Under the pieces are notes generated by a model. It ran no database searches and had not been told where the DNA came from. It saw nothing but the letters and a program-made list of their open reading frames with translations. A stretch of DNA of 64,000 nucleotides from Torpedo marmorata (taxonomy: Eukaryota), in assembly GCA_977017645.1 (NCBI GenBank), contig OZ360236.1:26846001-26910000 (forward strand), in the 5' to 3' direction. Shown piece by piece: positions 38,337 through 51,770 of the stretch. Position 1 is the first letter of the stretch, and every line of letters starts with the position of its first letter. The position numbers were made by a program, and so were the translations under genes.

Positions 38337-39707
38337 ATGACATCAAGGAAAACGAAAGAACAAAGAGGGAAGAAAACAATGATTCAAACGATTCTGACAC
38401 AAGAAGAAAAGAGGCCTACCCGTCTGATGGAGCCTGGAGCTGCCGTAATGCCCTCACCGAAATCGCAGCGTGGAAGAACATCTGGAGACTCCGTAGCGCC
38501 GGCACTGTCTCTTCAGGGAGCTGGAGAAGATGGCGCCGGCGCCCGGAGGAAAACTACAAGGACAGTGTCGGAGGTACCGCGCATGCGCGAAATGACGCGT
38601 CTGCAGGAATCACAACGGGCAGCAGCAAGGGAATCTAATAGAAGAGGAGACGCTCCCCAGACATCACTATATGCTGGGGAGCAGGATACATCGTTTGATT
38701 CTGACATTAAAGACAAAGACATCCAGCAGACTTCAGAGATTGAAAGTGAGGAATATGACACCTATTCTGAAGAACCAAATATAGAACAATGGCCTAGGAA
38801 AGAAGATAAACAAGATCAAATACTGCAAGTGGTTACAAGACTTGAAATTAACATGCAACAAGAATTTAAAAAGATGAGGCAAGAGATTAGAAGATTAGAA
38901 AATAGTGTGAGTAAAATGGAAAATAGAGTTCAAAAAGTGGAAGAGGAGGTTAAGAATAATTATGATGAACTTACAGATTATAAAGGAAGAGTTGACAATA
39001 TGGAAGATTAATTTACTGGATGGGAGTTACAGAGAACACAATTGATGCAAAAAATGGATCAACTGGAAAACCAAAGCCGCAGAAATAATGTTAAAATATT
39101 GGGATTACCTGAAGGAACTGAAACATTGGACGTAACTCAATTTTTTCAGGATTGGTTGAAGATAACATTTGCTTTTGATAATACAGTGGAGCTGGAAAGA
39201 GCACATAGAATTGGGAAACGTATTCAGCTAGATCGGAGACCACATCCAGTATTGGTGAGATGTTTGAGATACCAAGATAGAGAAAAAATATTAAGAGCAG
39301 CAATACAGAAAGTGAGAGATAATGGAGCTCCAATGATGATAAGCGGAAATAAAGTTCTTTTTTATCCAGATTTAAGTCCAGCGGTGGTTAAAAGCCGTAA
39401 AGAATTTAATCCAGCAAAAGCATTGCTTTGGCAGAAAGGATACAAGTTTTTGTTTAAGTATCCTGCGGCATTGAGAATTCAAAATAATGGAAATGACTTC
39501 CTTTTGTTTATGGATCCTCAGCAAGATTTTAGACATGCGCAATGTCTTCCAAATTTGCGTCGATATCAAGGAGCAGGAATTCGTCAGCAAGATCAAGGAG
39601 ATCTACAAATGCAAGCTCCTGTACCAGGATCTCTGCCAGGAGAGGAGAGAATTCGGAATCAGAATGAAGATGAACAAGAAGATTTGGACATTGGATCGGT
39701 TAATTGA
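38337..39707 (+). pseudogene. L1 ORF1 with one premature TAA (39009-39011)
   Basis: ORFs 38337-39011 and 39042-39707 share a frame; the homologous codon is TCA in the copy near 6630. Confidence 0.92.
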
Positions 39708-39982
39708 AAATATAATGTATAAGTTTACATTAATCTGTTGGGGGGAGGTGGATTTTTTTGCTTCCTCTCTCAAGCCGTACGCCACTTTAGTGGCGAGAGC
39801 CACTTCTCGAACGATGGAGGGGGGTAATGCTGGGATAACGCCAGTGTTTTATATTCGGGGATTTATATTTTCTTTTTTTCTTTTTCCATTCTTTTCTTTA
39901 TCTGAGGGGATATTAATTAGTTTACAATTCAAGGGGGGGAAGCCAGTGGATTTGATTGAAAGAGATTTGTTACAATTTGATT

Positions 39983-42900
39983 ATGATGGATAGTAAAAAT
40001 ATAAACTTAGTAAGTATAAATATAAATGGGCTTAATAATCCAATTAAGCGAAAAAGAACTTTAGCATATATTAAAAAGTTGAAGGTAGATATAGCTTTCT
40101 TACAAGAGACTCATCTGATAGACTTGGAACATCAAAAATTAAAAAGAGAGTGGGTTGGCCATGTGGTGTCTTCTTCATTTAATTCTAAAGCAAGAGGTGT
40201 AGCTATATTAGTTAATAAAAAATTACCTTTTAAGATACAATCGGTAATAACAGATGTAGCAGGAAGATATGTTTTGATACATTGTCAAATTTATTCAGAA
40301 TCTTGGACGCTTATGAATTTATATGTGTCAAATCCAGATGATGAGCAGTTTATTCAGGATGCCTTTTTACATTTATCAGATGCTAATGAGAATATTTTAA
40401 TTGGGGGAGACTTCAATTGTTGTTTAGATTCAATAATGGATAGAACTTCAAGATCATCTGTTAGACCTAAAATTGTGAAAAAAGTTCTTAGTTTGATGAA
40501 AGATTTAAATTTAATAGATATTTGGAGGAGATTGAATCTGAGGGAAAAAGATTATTAATTTTACTCGTTTAGACATGATTCATATTCTAGAATAGATTTA
40601 TTTCTATTATTATCACAAGTTCAAGATAGAATATCGCAAGTATCTTATAAAGCAAGGGTAATTTCTGATCATTCACCTTTGTTATTGTCTTGTATAATCC
40701 CAGAAAGAGAAAAAACTATATATAATTGGAGGTTTGACTCATCGTTATTAAAAAGGAAAGATTTTTGTGAATATATAAGAAGAGAAATTCAAGAATTTTT
40801 ACGAATAAATGCTAACTCTACTAATGATAAATTTATAGTATGGGAAGCTTTAAAAGCTTATTTAAGGGGTTTAATAATAAGTTACTCAGTTAAAATTAAG
40901 AAAGATTATCTTAGAGAATTAGAAAAATTAGAGAAGGAGATTGAACTTATGGAAAAAGATTTACGGAGAAATAGATCAATTCAAAAAAGAAATTGTTTAA
41001 CAAGGAAGAAACTACATTATAATTTCTTGCAAACATATAAAATGGAAAAATTAATTGAGAAAACTAAACAAAGATATTACGAATTAGGAGAAAGAGCACA
41101 TAAAGTTTTGGCATGGCAATTGAAAAAAGAACAAGTTTCTAAAACTATAAACGCTATAAGGAAGAAAAATACTGGAGAAATAACTTATAAACCTCAAGAA
41201 ATAAATAAATCTTTTAAAGATTATTATCAGAATTTATATAGATCACAGATTGATCAAGATGATTCTAAAATTAATAGATTTTTATCTAAAATTACATTAC
41301 CTAAATTGAATGACCGGAGTAGAGATTCTTTAGACTTACCTTTTACAATGAGAGAAGTTACTGAAGTTTTTTCATCGTTGAAGAATGGTAAATCTCTGGG
41401 TGATGATGGGTTTTCATCAGAATTTTATAAAGAATTTAAAGATTTATTAATACCTCCATATATGGAAGTATTAGATCAAATTACGGAAACTCATTTATTA
41501 CTGAAAACATTTCTAAATGCTATAATTACAGTTATACCAAAGAAAGATAGAGATGTATTAAAAACTGAATCATATAGACCTATTTCATTATTAAATGTAG
41601 ATTATAAAATAATGGCAAAAATTTTAGCAAATAGAATGGCTAAATATCTACCAGATTTGATACATTTAGATCAAGCTGGTTTTATTAAAAATAGATACTC
41701 AAAGGATAATATAGCTAGATTAATTAGTTTAATTGGTTTGCATAAAAAGAAGGAAGATCTACCATTAGTTATAACATTAGATGCTGAAAAGGCTTTTGAT
41801 AGATTAGAATGGAATTTTTTATTTAAGGTATTAGAAAAATTTGGTTTTGGTAATATATTTATAAATTGGATTAAAACTATATATAAAGAACCATCAGCTA
41901 AAGTGATTACAAATGGACAAATATCGTCAAAATTTTCTTTGACACAATCTACGAGACAGGGATGTCCCCTATCACCAGCATTATTTGTTTTGGCAATAGA
42001 ACCTTTAGCTGAATTAGTTAGAAAAGATCCTAAAATAGTAGGTATTAAAGTTGGTAGGGAAGAACATAAGATTAGTTTGTTTGCAGATGATGTATTGATA
42101 TATATGACAAAATCTATTATGTCACTTCAACAATTATCTATTATACTAAGAGAATATGGTGAAGTATCTGGATAGAAAATTAATTCAGATAAGAGTGAAA
42201 TAATGGCTTTATCTCAAGGTGATTATACTAGATGTAAAGAAGTAACACAATTTAAATGGGCTAAAGAGGGAATTAAATATTTAGGGGTTAAGGTTGATAC
42301 AAAATTGGAAAATTTATATAAATTAAATTATTTATCATTATTTGTGAAAATAAAGAAAGATTTAGAGAATTGGAAAGATTTACCTATAACTTTAATGGGA
42401 AGGGTAAATTGTATTAAAATGAATATTTTTCCAAGAGTTCAATATCTTTTTCAATCAATTCCTTTTGGAATTCCTCAAAATTTTTTTAAAGATTTAAATT
42501 TTATTGTTAGGAAATTTTTGTGGAAAGGAAAGTTAGCAAGAGTAAGTATGGAAAAGTTAACTTGAAATTATGAGTTAGGGGGATTGCAACTTCCTAATTT
42601 TCAAAATTATTATAAAGCAGCTCAATTAAAATTTGTTAATGAATTTTTCGATCCAAATAAAACTTCGGCTTGGATTAAAATAGAATTAAATAATATAGGA
42701 GAAAATTTTAAAGAAGAGATTATCTATAAATGGGATTCTAAATTAATATCAGTAAAAAAGAAAAATTCACCGATTATTAAACATTTGTTAGAAATATGGG
42801 GTAAGTTGGATAAAGAGATAGGTGGAAGAGGATTAATTTCTTCAAATATGCCTTTATATCAAAATGGACTTATTCCATTTACTATTAATAATCAGTTATT

Positions 42901-43773
42901 TAGAATTTGGTTTCAAAAAGGTATTAAGAAGATTAATGATTGTTTTGAAGCTGGAAGACTTATCACGTTTCAAAGAATGAAAGATAAATTCAATATATTA
43001 GATAATACATTTTTAGCTTATTATCAAGTTAAAGCTTTTTTAATCGAGAAATTAGGTCATGCTTTGATTTTACCAAGACAGAATGAATTAGAATTATTAG
43101 TTACTAAAGGAGATGTCAATAAATTTATTTCTCAAATGTATAAATTGTTTCAGAGGAAAATTCCTAAAGTAGGAATTCATAAATCAAGATTAAAATGGGA
43201 ATTAGATTTGAATGTAATAATAGATGAAAATCATTGGAAAGAATTATGTAAATTAAGTATGACGAAGATTATTAATGTTAGATATAGATTAGTACAATAT
43301 AATTTTTTCATCAATTATATTTAACACCTAAAAAGTTAAAGAAATTTAATCCGACATTATCAGGTTTATGTTTTAGATGTAATGATGAGGAAGGTTCTTT
43401 TGTCCATTCTACATGGTTTTGTCCAAAGATTCAAGATTTTTGGTTGAAAGTAAAAAATGTTTTAGATAAAGTATTTAATATTACATTTCCAATGGATCCT
43501 ATGTTATTCTTATTTGGAGATATTAGAACATTTAGTATTAAAAAGAAATTAAATATGTTTCAAGTAGAATTTTTACGAATTGCTTTAGCAGTTTCAAAAA
43601 AATGCATTGCTATTACTTGGAAATCTGATTTAGATTTAGGATTAGAAAGATGGCATGCAGAACTCCGTTCGTGTATACCACTGGAAAAAATTACTTATAA
43701 TCTATGTAATAAATATCATTTCTTTTTGAAAATTTGGAGCCCATATATGAGAGCTGTGGGTTTAAGGATTTGA
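39983..43773 (+). pseudogene. L1 ORF2 (EN, RT, CCHC) with three nonsense changes and one frameshift
   Basis: Stops at 40556-40558, 42173-42175 and 42563-42565; 1-nt loss in the T-run near 43305; CFRC...HSTWFC knuckle at about 43368-43422. Confidence 0.93.
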
Positions 43774-44588
43774 AGATCTCTAGATATCGGATCTGCTGGC
43801 AAACTTGACCTCCGTAATAGAATTAGTTTATAGATGATATTCCCCTTATTCTATCTTTTCCTTTCTTTCTTTTTTCTATTTTTATTTTTACTGTTACTTT
43901 ATTATTAGATTAGTGGGGATGGGGGGGTTAGGGAGGGGAGGGAGGTGGGGGGGGGGTGAAAATATATCTCATGTATTTTGATAATTTTATATTTTATTCT
44001 ATGTATTTTGTGATTTAAAAGTTTAAATAAAATAAAATTAAAAAAAAGAATAAAAACAACAGTGCAGGGTACAGTATCACAAAAGACAAAAGTGCAGGCT
44101 CTAGTGTGAAAGAAAAAAGTACAGTTAAACAGTGCAAGACATCATCTTTTGCTCGTGAGAGATTCATTCAAGTGTCTGATAACAGAAGGAAAGAAACTGT
44201 CAGTAATTAAGGAGGGGCATATTTTTAAACTCGTGTATCTCCTGCAGGGAGAAGAGAGTGTGACCAGTATGGGATATGACTTTTAACACATTTTCTGTTT
44301 TCCCGTGGCAGTGGGAGGTATAGATAAAATTACTGGAGGAGGGGTTGGTTTGTGTGATGGCTTGAGCTGTGGTCACAACACTCTGCAGCTTCTAGTGGTC
44401 TCGAGCAGAGCAGTTCCTGTACCAATCTGTGATGCATCCAGACAGGATACTTGCAATGGTGCATCTATAAAAATCAGTGAGGGACACTGGGGACATGCCA
44501 AACTTCCTTGGTTTTCTGAGGAATTAAAGGCATTGTTGTGCTTTCTTGGCCATTGCGTCAACCTAGTTGGATCAGCACAGGTTGTTGG

Positions 44589-45460
44589 TGTTACAAATTC
44601 AAACCAGCAACAACAGAAGACGCAATGCAAAAGGGGTAAAATTGAAATTTATATTTATTAAAGACAATTAAACATATAATTTCACAACAATTAACCCCAC
44701 TATAAACGTCTATAAACACTATTCTTATCTAAAAGGTGTGTGTGTGTGTGTGTGTGTGTAAAGCCCAGACCATTACAGTCTGTGCCCAACCCTTATGTAA
44801 AAATGGAAAAACTTTCCCCAAAAACCCCAGGTCAGTCATAAAAACAAGTCAGTCAAAAAAATATAATACAGTCCACAAAATTCACTCTCTAAGTTCAGGT
44901 TTCAAATTCAGCTCGGTGTGCTGGTAGAAGTACTTCTGAATGAACGTTGGAGAGAGACAATGACTGTTTATGCTTACAAATACTTGTTTTTCTTCTCTGA
45001 TGACATTCCCTTCTTGTGTTTTCATAAGGATTGCGAGTTCAGATCAGTATACCACTGATTGAGGCGTGTGCTTGGATCTCACAGCTGGTCTCGCTGATCT
45101 CACGCCTGTTCTCCACAGAAGTTGCTTTTAACTCAGGATTTCTCTGAGACAGGAGGCCATGTGCTATTCTTCCAGCCTTTTCTCTGGGATGCACAAGCCT
45201 CGATTTGGCTGTGTTCTCTAGCCTTTGCAACTCCCAACTGTCTGCTTTTTGCAGAGGTCTGCACCTGCTTTTGCAAAAGTGCAACAAAGTATCTTTTCCA
45301 CAGCTTGTCTCTCTCTGCTCTCTCTCTCTCTCTCTCTCTGGGTACACCAAGTCCTGGGCAAGTTAACTCTTTCAGTACCTGGCCCCAGTGTGTTCTCCAA
45401 AAGACTTCATCCTTCCTGCTGACCGTCCACAGTCCAAATGGTCAGTCATGGTCCATAACA
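44589..45460 (-). mobile_element. Solo LTR (872 bp) inside an old Rex1/L2-like LINE
   Basis: TGTTA...TAACA termini; exact 4-bp TSD ttgg (44585-44588, 45461-45464); internal (GT)n and (CT)n tracts. Confidence 0.75.
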
Positions 45461-45561
45461 TTGGTTATACTTGTGCCTAAAAACATGCAGCTTTTCACTA
45501 TCTCCACTTCAGCACTGTTGATACAGACAGGGGCATGTGCTCCACTCCACTTCCTGAAGTC

Positions 45562-45827
45562 AGATTTCAGACATTAGATTTCAGATTTCAGATTTATTGT
45601 CAGAGTACATACATGACATCACATTTAACCCTGAGATTCTTTTTCCTGCGGGTGCAGCAGAATTACCACTACTTGGTAGTGCAAAAATAAACTGTACACA
45701 ACGTACCCATGTAAAAAATTAAAGAAATGTAAACAAACTGTGCAATGCAGAGAGAAAAAAAATCAATAAAGTGCAAAAGTAAGTCCTTAAATGAGTCAAT
45801 GACCAGTTCCTTTGTTTTGCTGACATT

Positions 45828-45865
<38 letters not shown>

Positions 45866-47620
45866 TTGTTGTTCTGACATCATGCCACCAGATTATCTTT
45901 CTCCATCCTGTACTCAGTTGTATCATTGTTTGAGATCCAGCCTACAACAGTGGTGTCATCTGCAAACCTATAAATGGAGTGAAGTAATATTTGGCCTCAG
46001 TCATGAGTTCTGAGTACGCAGCCTTGTGGGGAACTGGTGTTGAAGATAATTGTGGAGCAGGTGTTGTCGCCAAACCTCAGTGATTGTGGTCAGCAGGTCA
46101 GAATCCTGTATATCCAGTAGCAGAGGGGTGATGAGGCCTATGTCCAGGAGTTTGGAGGTGAGTTAGTTTGGGACTATTGTGTTGAAGGCAGATCTATCGT
46201 CAATAAAAAGGACTTTAACTGATTATTATTTTGTTATCAGATGTTCCAATGCTGAGTGTAGGGCTAGGGAAATGGCATCTCCTGTGGATCGGTTGTGGCA
46301 ATTGGAGAGTTGTAGTGGATAGAGGTTGTCTGGGAGGCCGAAGTGGATGTGAGTGATGACCAACTTCTCGAAGCACCACATGATGATGGATGTCAGAGCC
46401 ACCCAGCAGTAGTCAGTAAGCATGTGATCTTGCTTTACTTTGGCACCAGGATGTTAGTGGTCTTTTTGACACGGGTGGGAACTTCACGTTGCAATAGGGA
46501 GATGTTGAAGATGTCCGCGAACACTCCAGCCACCTGGTCTGTGCGGGTTCCCAGGACACAGCCAGGGACTCCATCTGGTCCAGTAGATTTGTCAAGGATC
46601 ACTCTCAGGAAGGCCAATCTGCAACGGTAACCATGGGTACAGGCATGCATGAGGCTATCATGGCAATGATTGTCAGAGACAATCTGGTCTGGTATTGCCT
46701 CTTGGCATCCCTGATGGCCTTGCAATGGTTGTATAGTAAAACAGGGTAACTGTACCTGGTTTTCTTGGGTTGATCAGGGCTATCCGATTTAAGCACCTCA
46801 GATCTACAATGGTTTCCAGTTGGGCAACACCTGTTGCAGTTGTACAAGATGTTGGTGAGGCCCACTTGGAGTATCTTGTTCATTTTTGGTCACCATGCTG
46901 CAGGAAAGATATTGTCAATTTGGAGAGGTAAAGAGAAGATTTACAAAGATATTGCTAGGACTTGGGGGCCTAAGCAAGAGGGAGAGGTTGACCAGGCAAG
47001 GGCTTTATTCCTTGTTGCGCAGGAGGATGAGGGATGATCTCATAGAGGTATACAAAATCATGAGAGGAATAGATCAGGTGAATGTAGAGAGTCTTTTACC
47101 CAGAGTAGAGAAATCAGTAACCAGAGGACATGGGTTTAAGGCGAAGGAGTAGAGATTTAACGGGAATCTAAGGGGTAACTTTTTTTAGAGAGGGTGGGGA
47201 ATGTGTGGGCCAGGCTGCTGGAGGAGGTGGTTGAGGCAGGTACTGTTGCAGAAAAAAATTGGATGGATACTTGGATAGGATAGGTTTAGAGGGATGTGGG
47301 ACATTTGCAGGCAGGTGGGTGGGACATTTTGGTCGTTGTGGGCAAGTTGGGCCAAGGAGCCTGTTTCCATGCTGTATGACTCTATGACTATGAACTGGAT
47401 TAATTTCTTTGGCACACAGTCCTTGACACAGTGGAATGCTCATTTAGGTTGGCCACTGGGTTCTTGAATGTGGACCAGTCTATGGATTCAAAGCAGTTGC
47501 GTCGGATGTCATCTGTTTCCTCAGACCACCATGGTTTAGGTTTCTTTCCCGGATCCTCATGCTTCAGCTTCTGCTTGTGGAGGAGCACAGCCTGATGATC
47601 TGATTTACCAAGATATGAAC
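45562..47620 (-). mobile_element. Degenerate Rex1-like LINE fragments
   Basis: (agatttc)n tail at 45562-45592; translated motifs TGPDGVPG..L..R.DQVAGVFADIFNISL and VALTSIIM.CFEKLV. Confidence 0.75.
46830..47393 (+). mobile_element. CR1 3' fragment nested in the Rex1-like LINE
   Basis: LYKMLVRP and RRRMRDDLIEVYKIM motifs; tail tatgactctatgactatga. Confidence 0.85.
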
Positions 47621-48296
47621 AAAGCAATCTAATTTATCCATGCCTGTCAGATGTGGAGAACACTTTCCCAAAAGTGTTAGCTAAAAATTGCATCAGCAGA
47701 AAAATATAAATATATCATTTGTACAATAAATTCTATTATTGTACATGCATGCCATTAGTCAAAGTGTCCATTAGAATGAAACCAAATTTATTCAAGTTCT
47801 GCAAAAATGTGATTAAGATAGCCGTTCCCGACAGTACAGAGAACTACCTGGACTAATTTTCCTGGAAGGATACCACTCCCTCCCCCAACACCCACTCCTA
47901 CCACAAATTTTTCATGAGTCACAAGTGCAAGCAAAGCACAGTCAGAGAGCTTGATTGAGTTAGAAAATAATATCAAGGCATATTTCTGCTCCTACAGTGT
48001 TTAACTAGACGTTGAAGTAAAATGGTGGAGGAAAAGAAAGCTGGAGAACGGGAATAATTGATCAGAATGGCAGTTGTGAACATCTGATCAATAATTTTCA
48101 CTTTTTTAGCTCAAGAATGACAGCGCCTGCTGCAGCAAGATTCCATAAGACCATAGACCATAAGACATAGGCCATTCAGCCCATCGAGTCTGCTCCACCG
48201 TTCAATCATGAGCTGGTCCATTTCCCACTCAGCCCCACTGCCCGGCCATCTCCCCATAACCTTTGATTCCCTGGCTAATCAAGAACATATCAATCT

Positions 48297-48400
48297 GGGG
48301 GGGAGGGGGGGTGAAAATGTATCACAAATACTTTGATAATTTTATATTTTATTTTATGTATTTTGTGATTTAAAAATTTTAAATAAAATATTTTAAAAAA
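48297..48400 (+). mobile_element. 104-bp L1 3' terminus
   Basis: Matches the L1 3' UTR end at 43945-44045; exact 16-bp TSD aagaacatatcaatct (48281-48296, 48401-48416). Confidence 0.93.
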
Positions 48401-49041
48401 AAGAACATATCAATCTCTGCCTTAAATACACGCAATGACTTGGCCTCTACAGCCACCTGTGGCAACAAATTCCACAGATTGACTACCCTCTGGAAAAAAG
48501 AAATTTTGCCGCATCTCTGTTCTGAGTGGACACCCTTCAATCCTCAAGTTATGCCCTCTTGTCCTAGACTCTCCCACATGTGAAACACCTCTCTACATCT
48601 ACTCTGTCCATGCCTTTCAACATTCAAAATGTTTCAATGAGATCCCCCCTCATTCTCCTAAATTCCAATGAGTACAGGCCAGGAGCTGTCAAACGTTCCT
48701 CACAAGATAACGTTGCCACATACAGCTGTGGAGTCCCGATCTTTGGGGGATTTTAAGGAAGAGATTGATAGGTAATTGATTGTTCAGGGTATAAAGGGAT
48801 ATGGGGAAATGGCCGGAAATTGGAATTAGATGTGAGAACAGTTTAGCTCAGGGTGGAGTTGCGGAACAGACTCGATGGGCCGAATGGCTTACTTCTGTTC
48901 CTTTATCTTGTGATCTTGTGATAAACCTTTCATTCCTGGAATCATCCTAGTCCCAGTGAATCTCCTCTGAACTCTTTGTAACTTCAACACATCTTTTCTT
49001 AAATGTGGGGCCCAAAACTGCTGACAATACTCCAATTGAGG

Positions 49042-50184
49042 AGTAAATCATGAAAATCTGTAGACACCGTGGTTCAAGTAAAAAACACAAATGCTGGAGA
49101 AACTCAGCAGGTCAAACAGCGTCTTTTATGTAGCAAAGGTAGAAATACATAACCGATGTTTCGGGCTTGAGCCCTTCATCAAAGTATGAGAAAATGCCGG
49201 CAGGCATCCGAACAAAAGAGTGAGGGGGGGAAGGGGGGCGTCAAAAAAACATCTGCCCTGGCCCCCTCTGCCCCCAGACTCAACAAACATAGAATCCCCC
49301 TCATCTTCGACTATCACCCCACCAGCATCCGCATCCAACACATTATCCGCCGGAATTTCCGGCACTTACTACAGGATCCCACCACCAGACACATTTTTCC
49401 TTCTCCTCCCCTCTCGGCCTTCCGCAGGGACTGCTCCCTCTGTGATTCCCTCGTGCACTCATCCCTCCCCACCCATCGCACTCCCGGCACCTTCCCCTGC
49501 GCCCGCAGGAGGTGCAACACTTATGCCCACACCTCCTCCCTCACCACGGTCAAGGGCCCCAAACAGGCCTTTCCAGTGAAGCAACACTTCACTTGTACAT
49601 CCAGAGAACTTATTTACTGCATCCGGTGCTCCCTTTGTGGCATTCTCTACATCGGAGAGACCGGTCGTAGATTGGGAGATCGCTTCGCTGAGCACCTCCT
49701 CTCCATCCGCAACAACAGCGACCTCCCAGTAGCCAGCCATTTCAATTCCGAGTCACACTCCCACACTCACATGTCTGTCCATGGCCTTATGTACTATCCC
49801 ACCTAGACCACCCGCAAATTGGAGGAACAACACCTTATTTTCCATCTGGGCACTCTCCAGCCAGATGGCATTAACATTGACTTTTCTGCTTTCCACTAAA
49901 CCTGCTTGCCTTTTCCTTCCCCTCCCCCCTTCCCTGTCCTTCCAGTTTTTCCCCCCACCCAGCCATCCCTCCTCCCCCTCTTTGCTGCTGTCCCCTCCCT
50001 CCTTTCTCCACCTATCATCTCTTGCCTTTGCCACCCCCCCCCCGCCCTTCCCCCCTCACTCTTTTGTTCGGACGCCTGCCGGCATTTTCTCATACTTTGA
50101 TGAAGGGCTCAAGCCCTAAACGTCGGTTATGTATCTTTACCTTTGCTACATAAAAGACACTGTTTGACCTGCATTTGTGTTTTT
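49042..50184 (+). mobile_element. Penelope-like insertion with an inverted 5' pLTR
   Basis: Minus-strand pLTR 49042-49240 joined to plus-strand GIY-YIG ORF and pLTR; exact 14-bp TSD tactccaattgagg (49028-49041, 50185-50198); hammerhead motifs at 49148-49188 (-) and 50091-50131 (+). Confidence 0.93.
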
Positions 50185-50870
50185 TACTCCAATTGAGGTC
50201 TCACTAGTGCCTTATAAAGCCTCAACATCACATACCTGCTTTTATATTCTATTCCTCCCGAAATGAATGCCAGCATTGCATTTGCCTTCTTCACCACCGA
50301 CTCAACTTGCAAGTTTACCTTCAGGGCATCCTGCACGAGGACTTCCAAGTACCTTTGCATCTGGGAATTTTCAATTTTTTTCCCCATTTAGAAAATAGTC
50401 TGCCCATTTATTTCTTCTACCAAAGTGCAGGACTATACACGTTCCAATGCTGAGATGAGAGTTTATTGTTGGATACAATGTACAGATGCAGCAAAGTTCT
50501 TGCACTACAGGCACACCAGCCACAATGGTATAAGTTGAATACCATGAATAGATGAAGAGAAAATATCTATCAAAGGATAGATAAATAAATATTCGCAGTT
50601 GTAGTTAGTGCAAGAAAAAAGTGATGTTTCAGTCTTGCAGATAGATCTTTTGATAGTCATGGAATAGTCGTTTATGGTTGGGGTGTAATGGGGAGGTTCA
50701 ATAGCCTGACAGCTATTGAGAAAAAAAAACTTGAACCGAGAGTTGCTGGATTTCAGGTTTCTGTACCTTCTACCTGCAGGGAGCAGCGAGAAGGGATTGT
50801 GATCAACGAGGGACTGAAGTTCCATCCATTTGAAGCAGAGTTACAACTGTTATAGATGATAAGCACCCGC

Positions 50871-51770
50871 TCAGAATCAGAATCAGAACTTATTGTCGTG
50901 AACATGTCATGAAATTCGCTGTTTTGCGGCAGCATCACAGTGCAAAAATTTATATAAACCACATTTCAAAATAAATAAAATAATGCAAGAAACAGAAAAA
51001 AACAAAATGAGGTAGTGTCTACGGTTCATTGTTCATTTAGGAATCCGTTGGCAGAGGGGAAGAAGCCGTCCTTGTGCCGCTGAGTGCTCATCTTCAGGCT
51101 GCTGTACCTTTTTCCCGATGGTAGCAGAGTGAAAAGGGCATAGCCTGGGTGGTGGGGGTCCTTGAGGATAGAGGCTGCTTTATTAAGACACCACTTCTGT
51201 AGATGTCCTTGATGGAGTGAAGACTGGTGCCTGTGATGTCGCAGGCCGAGTTAACAACCCTCGGGAGTTTTTTCCTATCCTGAGCATTGGGACCTCCATT
51301 CTAGTCAGTAATGCAACCAGTCAGAATGCTCTCCACGGTACACCTGTAGAAGTTTTTGAGAGTCTTTGGTGACATACCAAATCTCCTCAAACTCCCCACA
51401 AAGAACCTTCTTCGTGATTGCATTGACATGGAGGATCCAGGACAGATCCTCAGAGATGTTGACATTCAGGAATTTGAAGTTCTTGACCCTCTCCACTGCT
51501 GACAACTCGATGAGGACTGGTTTGTGTCTTCCAGATTTCCTCCTGAAGTCCACAATAATCTCCTTGGTTTTGCTAACATTGAGTGCAAGGTTGTTGTTGT
51601 GACACCACTCAACTAGCTGATCTATCTCCCGCCTGTACGCTTCCTCATTGCCATCTGTGATTCTGCCGACAACCGTGGTGTCATCGTCAAATTTGCAGAT
51701 AGCATTGGAATTATGCCTGGCCACACAGTCTTGGGTGCAGAGTGAGTAGAGCAGCGGGCTAAGCACTTGC
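50871..51770 (-). mobile_element. Rex1-like LINE 3' fragment
   Basis: (tcagaa)n tail at 50871-50888; ORF 51305-51796 (LSPLLYSL.T.DC...KFDDDTTVVGRI...LNVSKTKE). Confidence 0.88.

Larger units (their letters stand above)
38239..44045 (+). mobile_element. Full-length L1-clade LINE (~5.8 kb)
   Basis: Exact 15-bp TSD aagaataaaaacaac (38224-38238, 44046-44060); G-rich 5' start; ~100-nt 5' UTR; ORF1; spacer; ORF2; G-tract 3' UTR; AATAAA and polyA. Confidence 0.97.
48143..50450 (-). mobile_element. CR1 3' fragment carrying three nested insertions
   Basis: ccataaga-type tail at 48143-48170; ORF 50184-50387 (LRLYKALVRPQLE); interrupted by L1 48297-48400, an opposite-strand CR1 end at about 48711-48922 and PLE 49042-50184. 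Confidence 0.85.

Noticed and set aside
44736-45864. (GT)n, (CT)n and (GA)n microsatellites
   Set aside because: Ordinary simple repeats within TE remnants.
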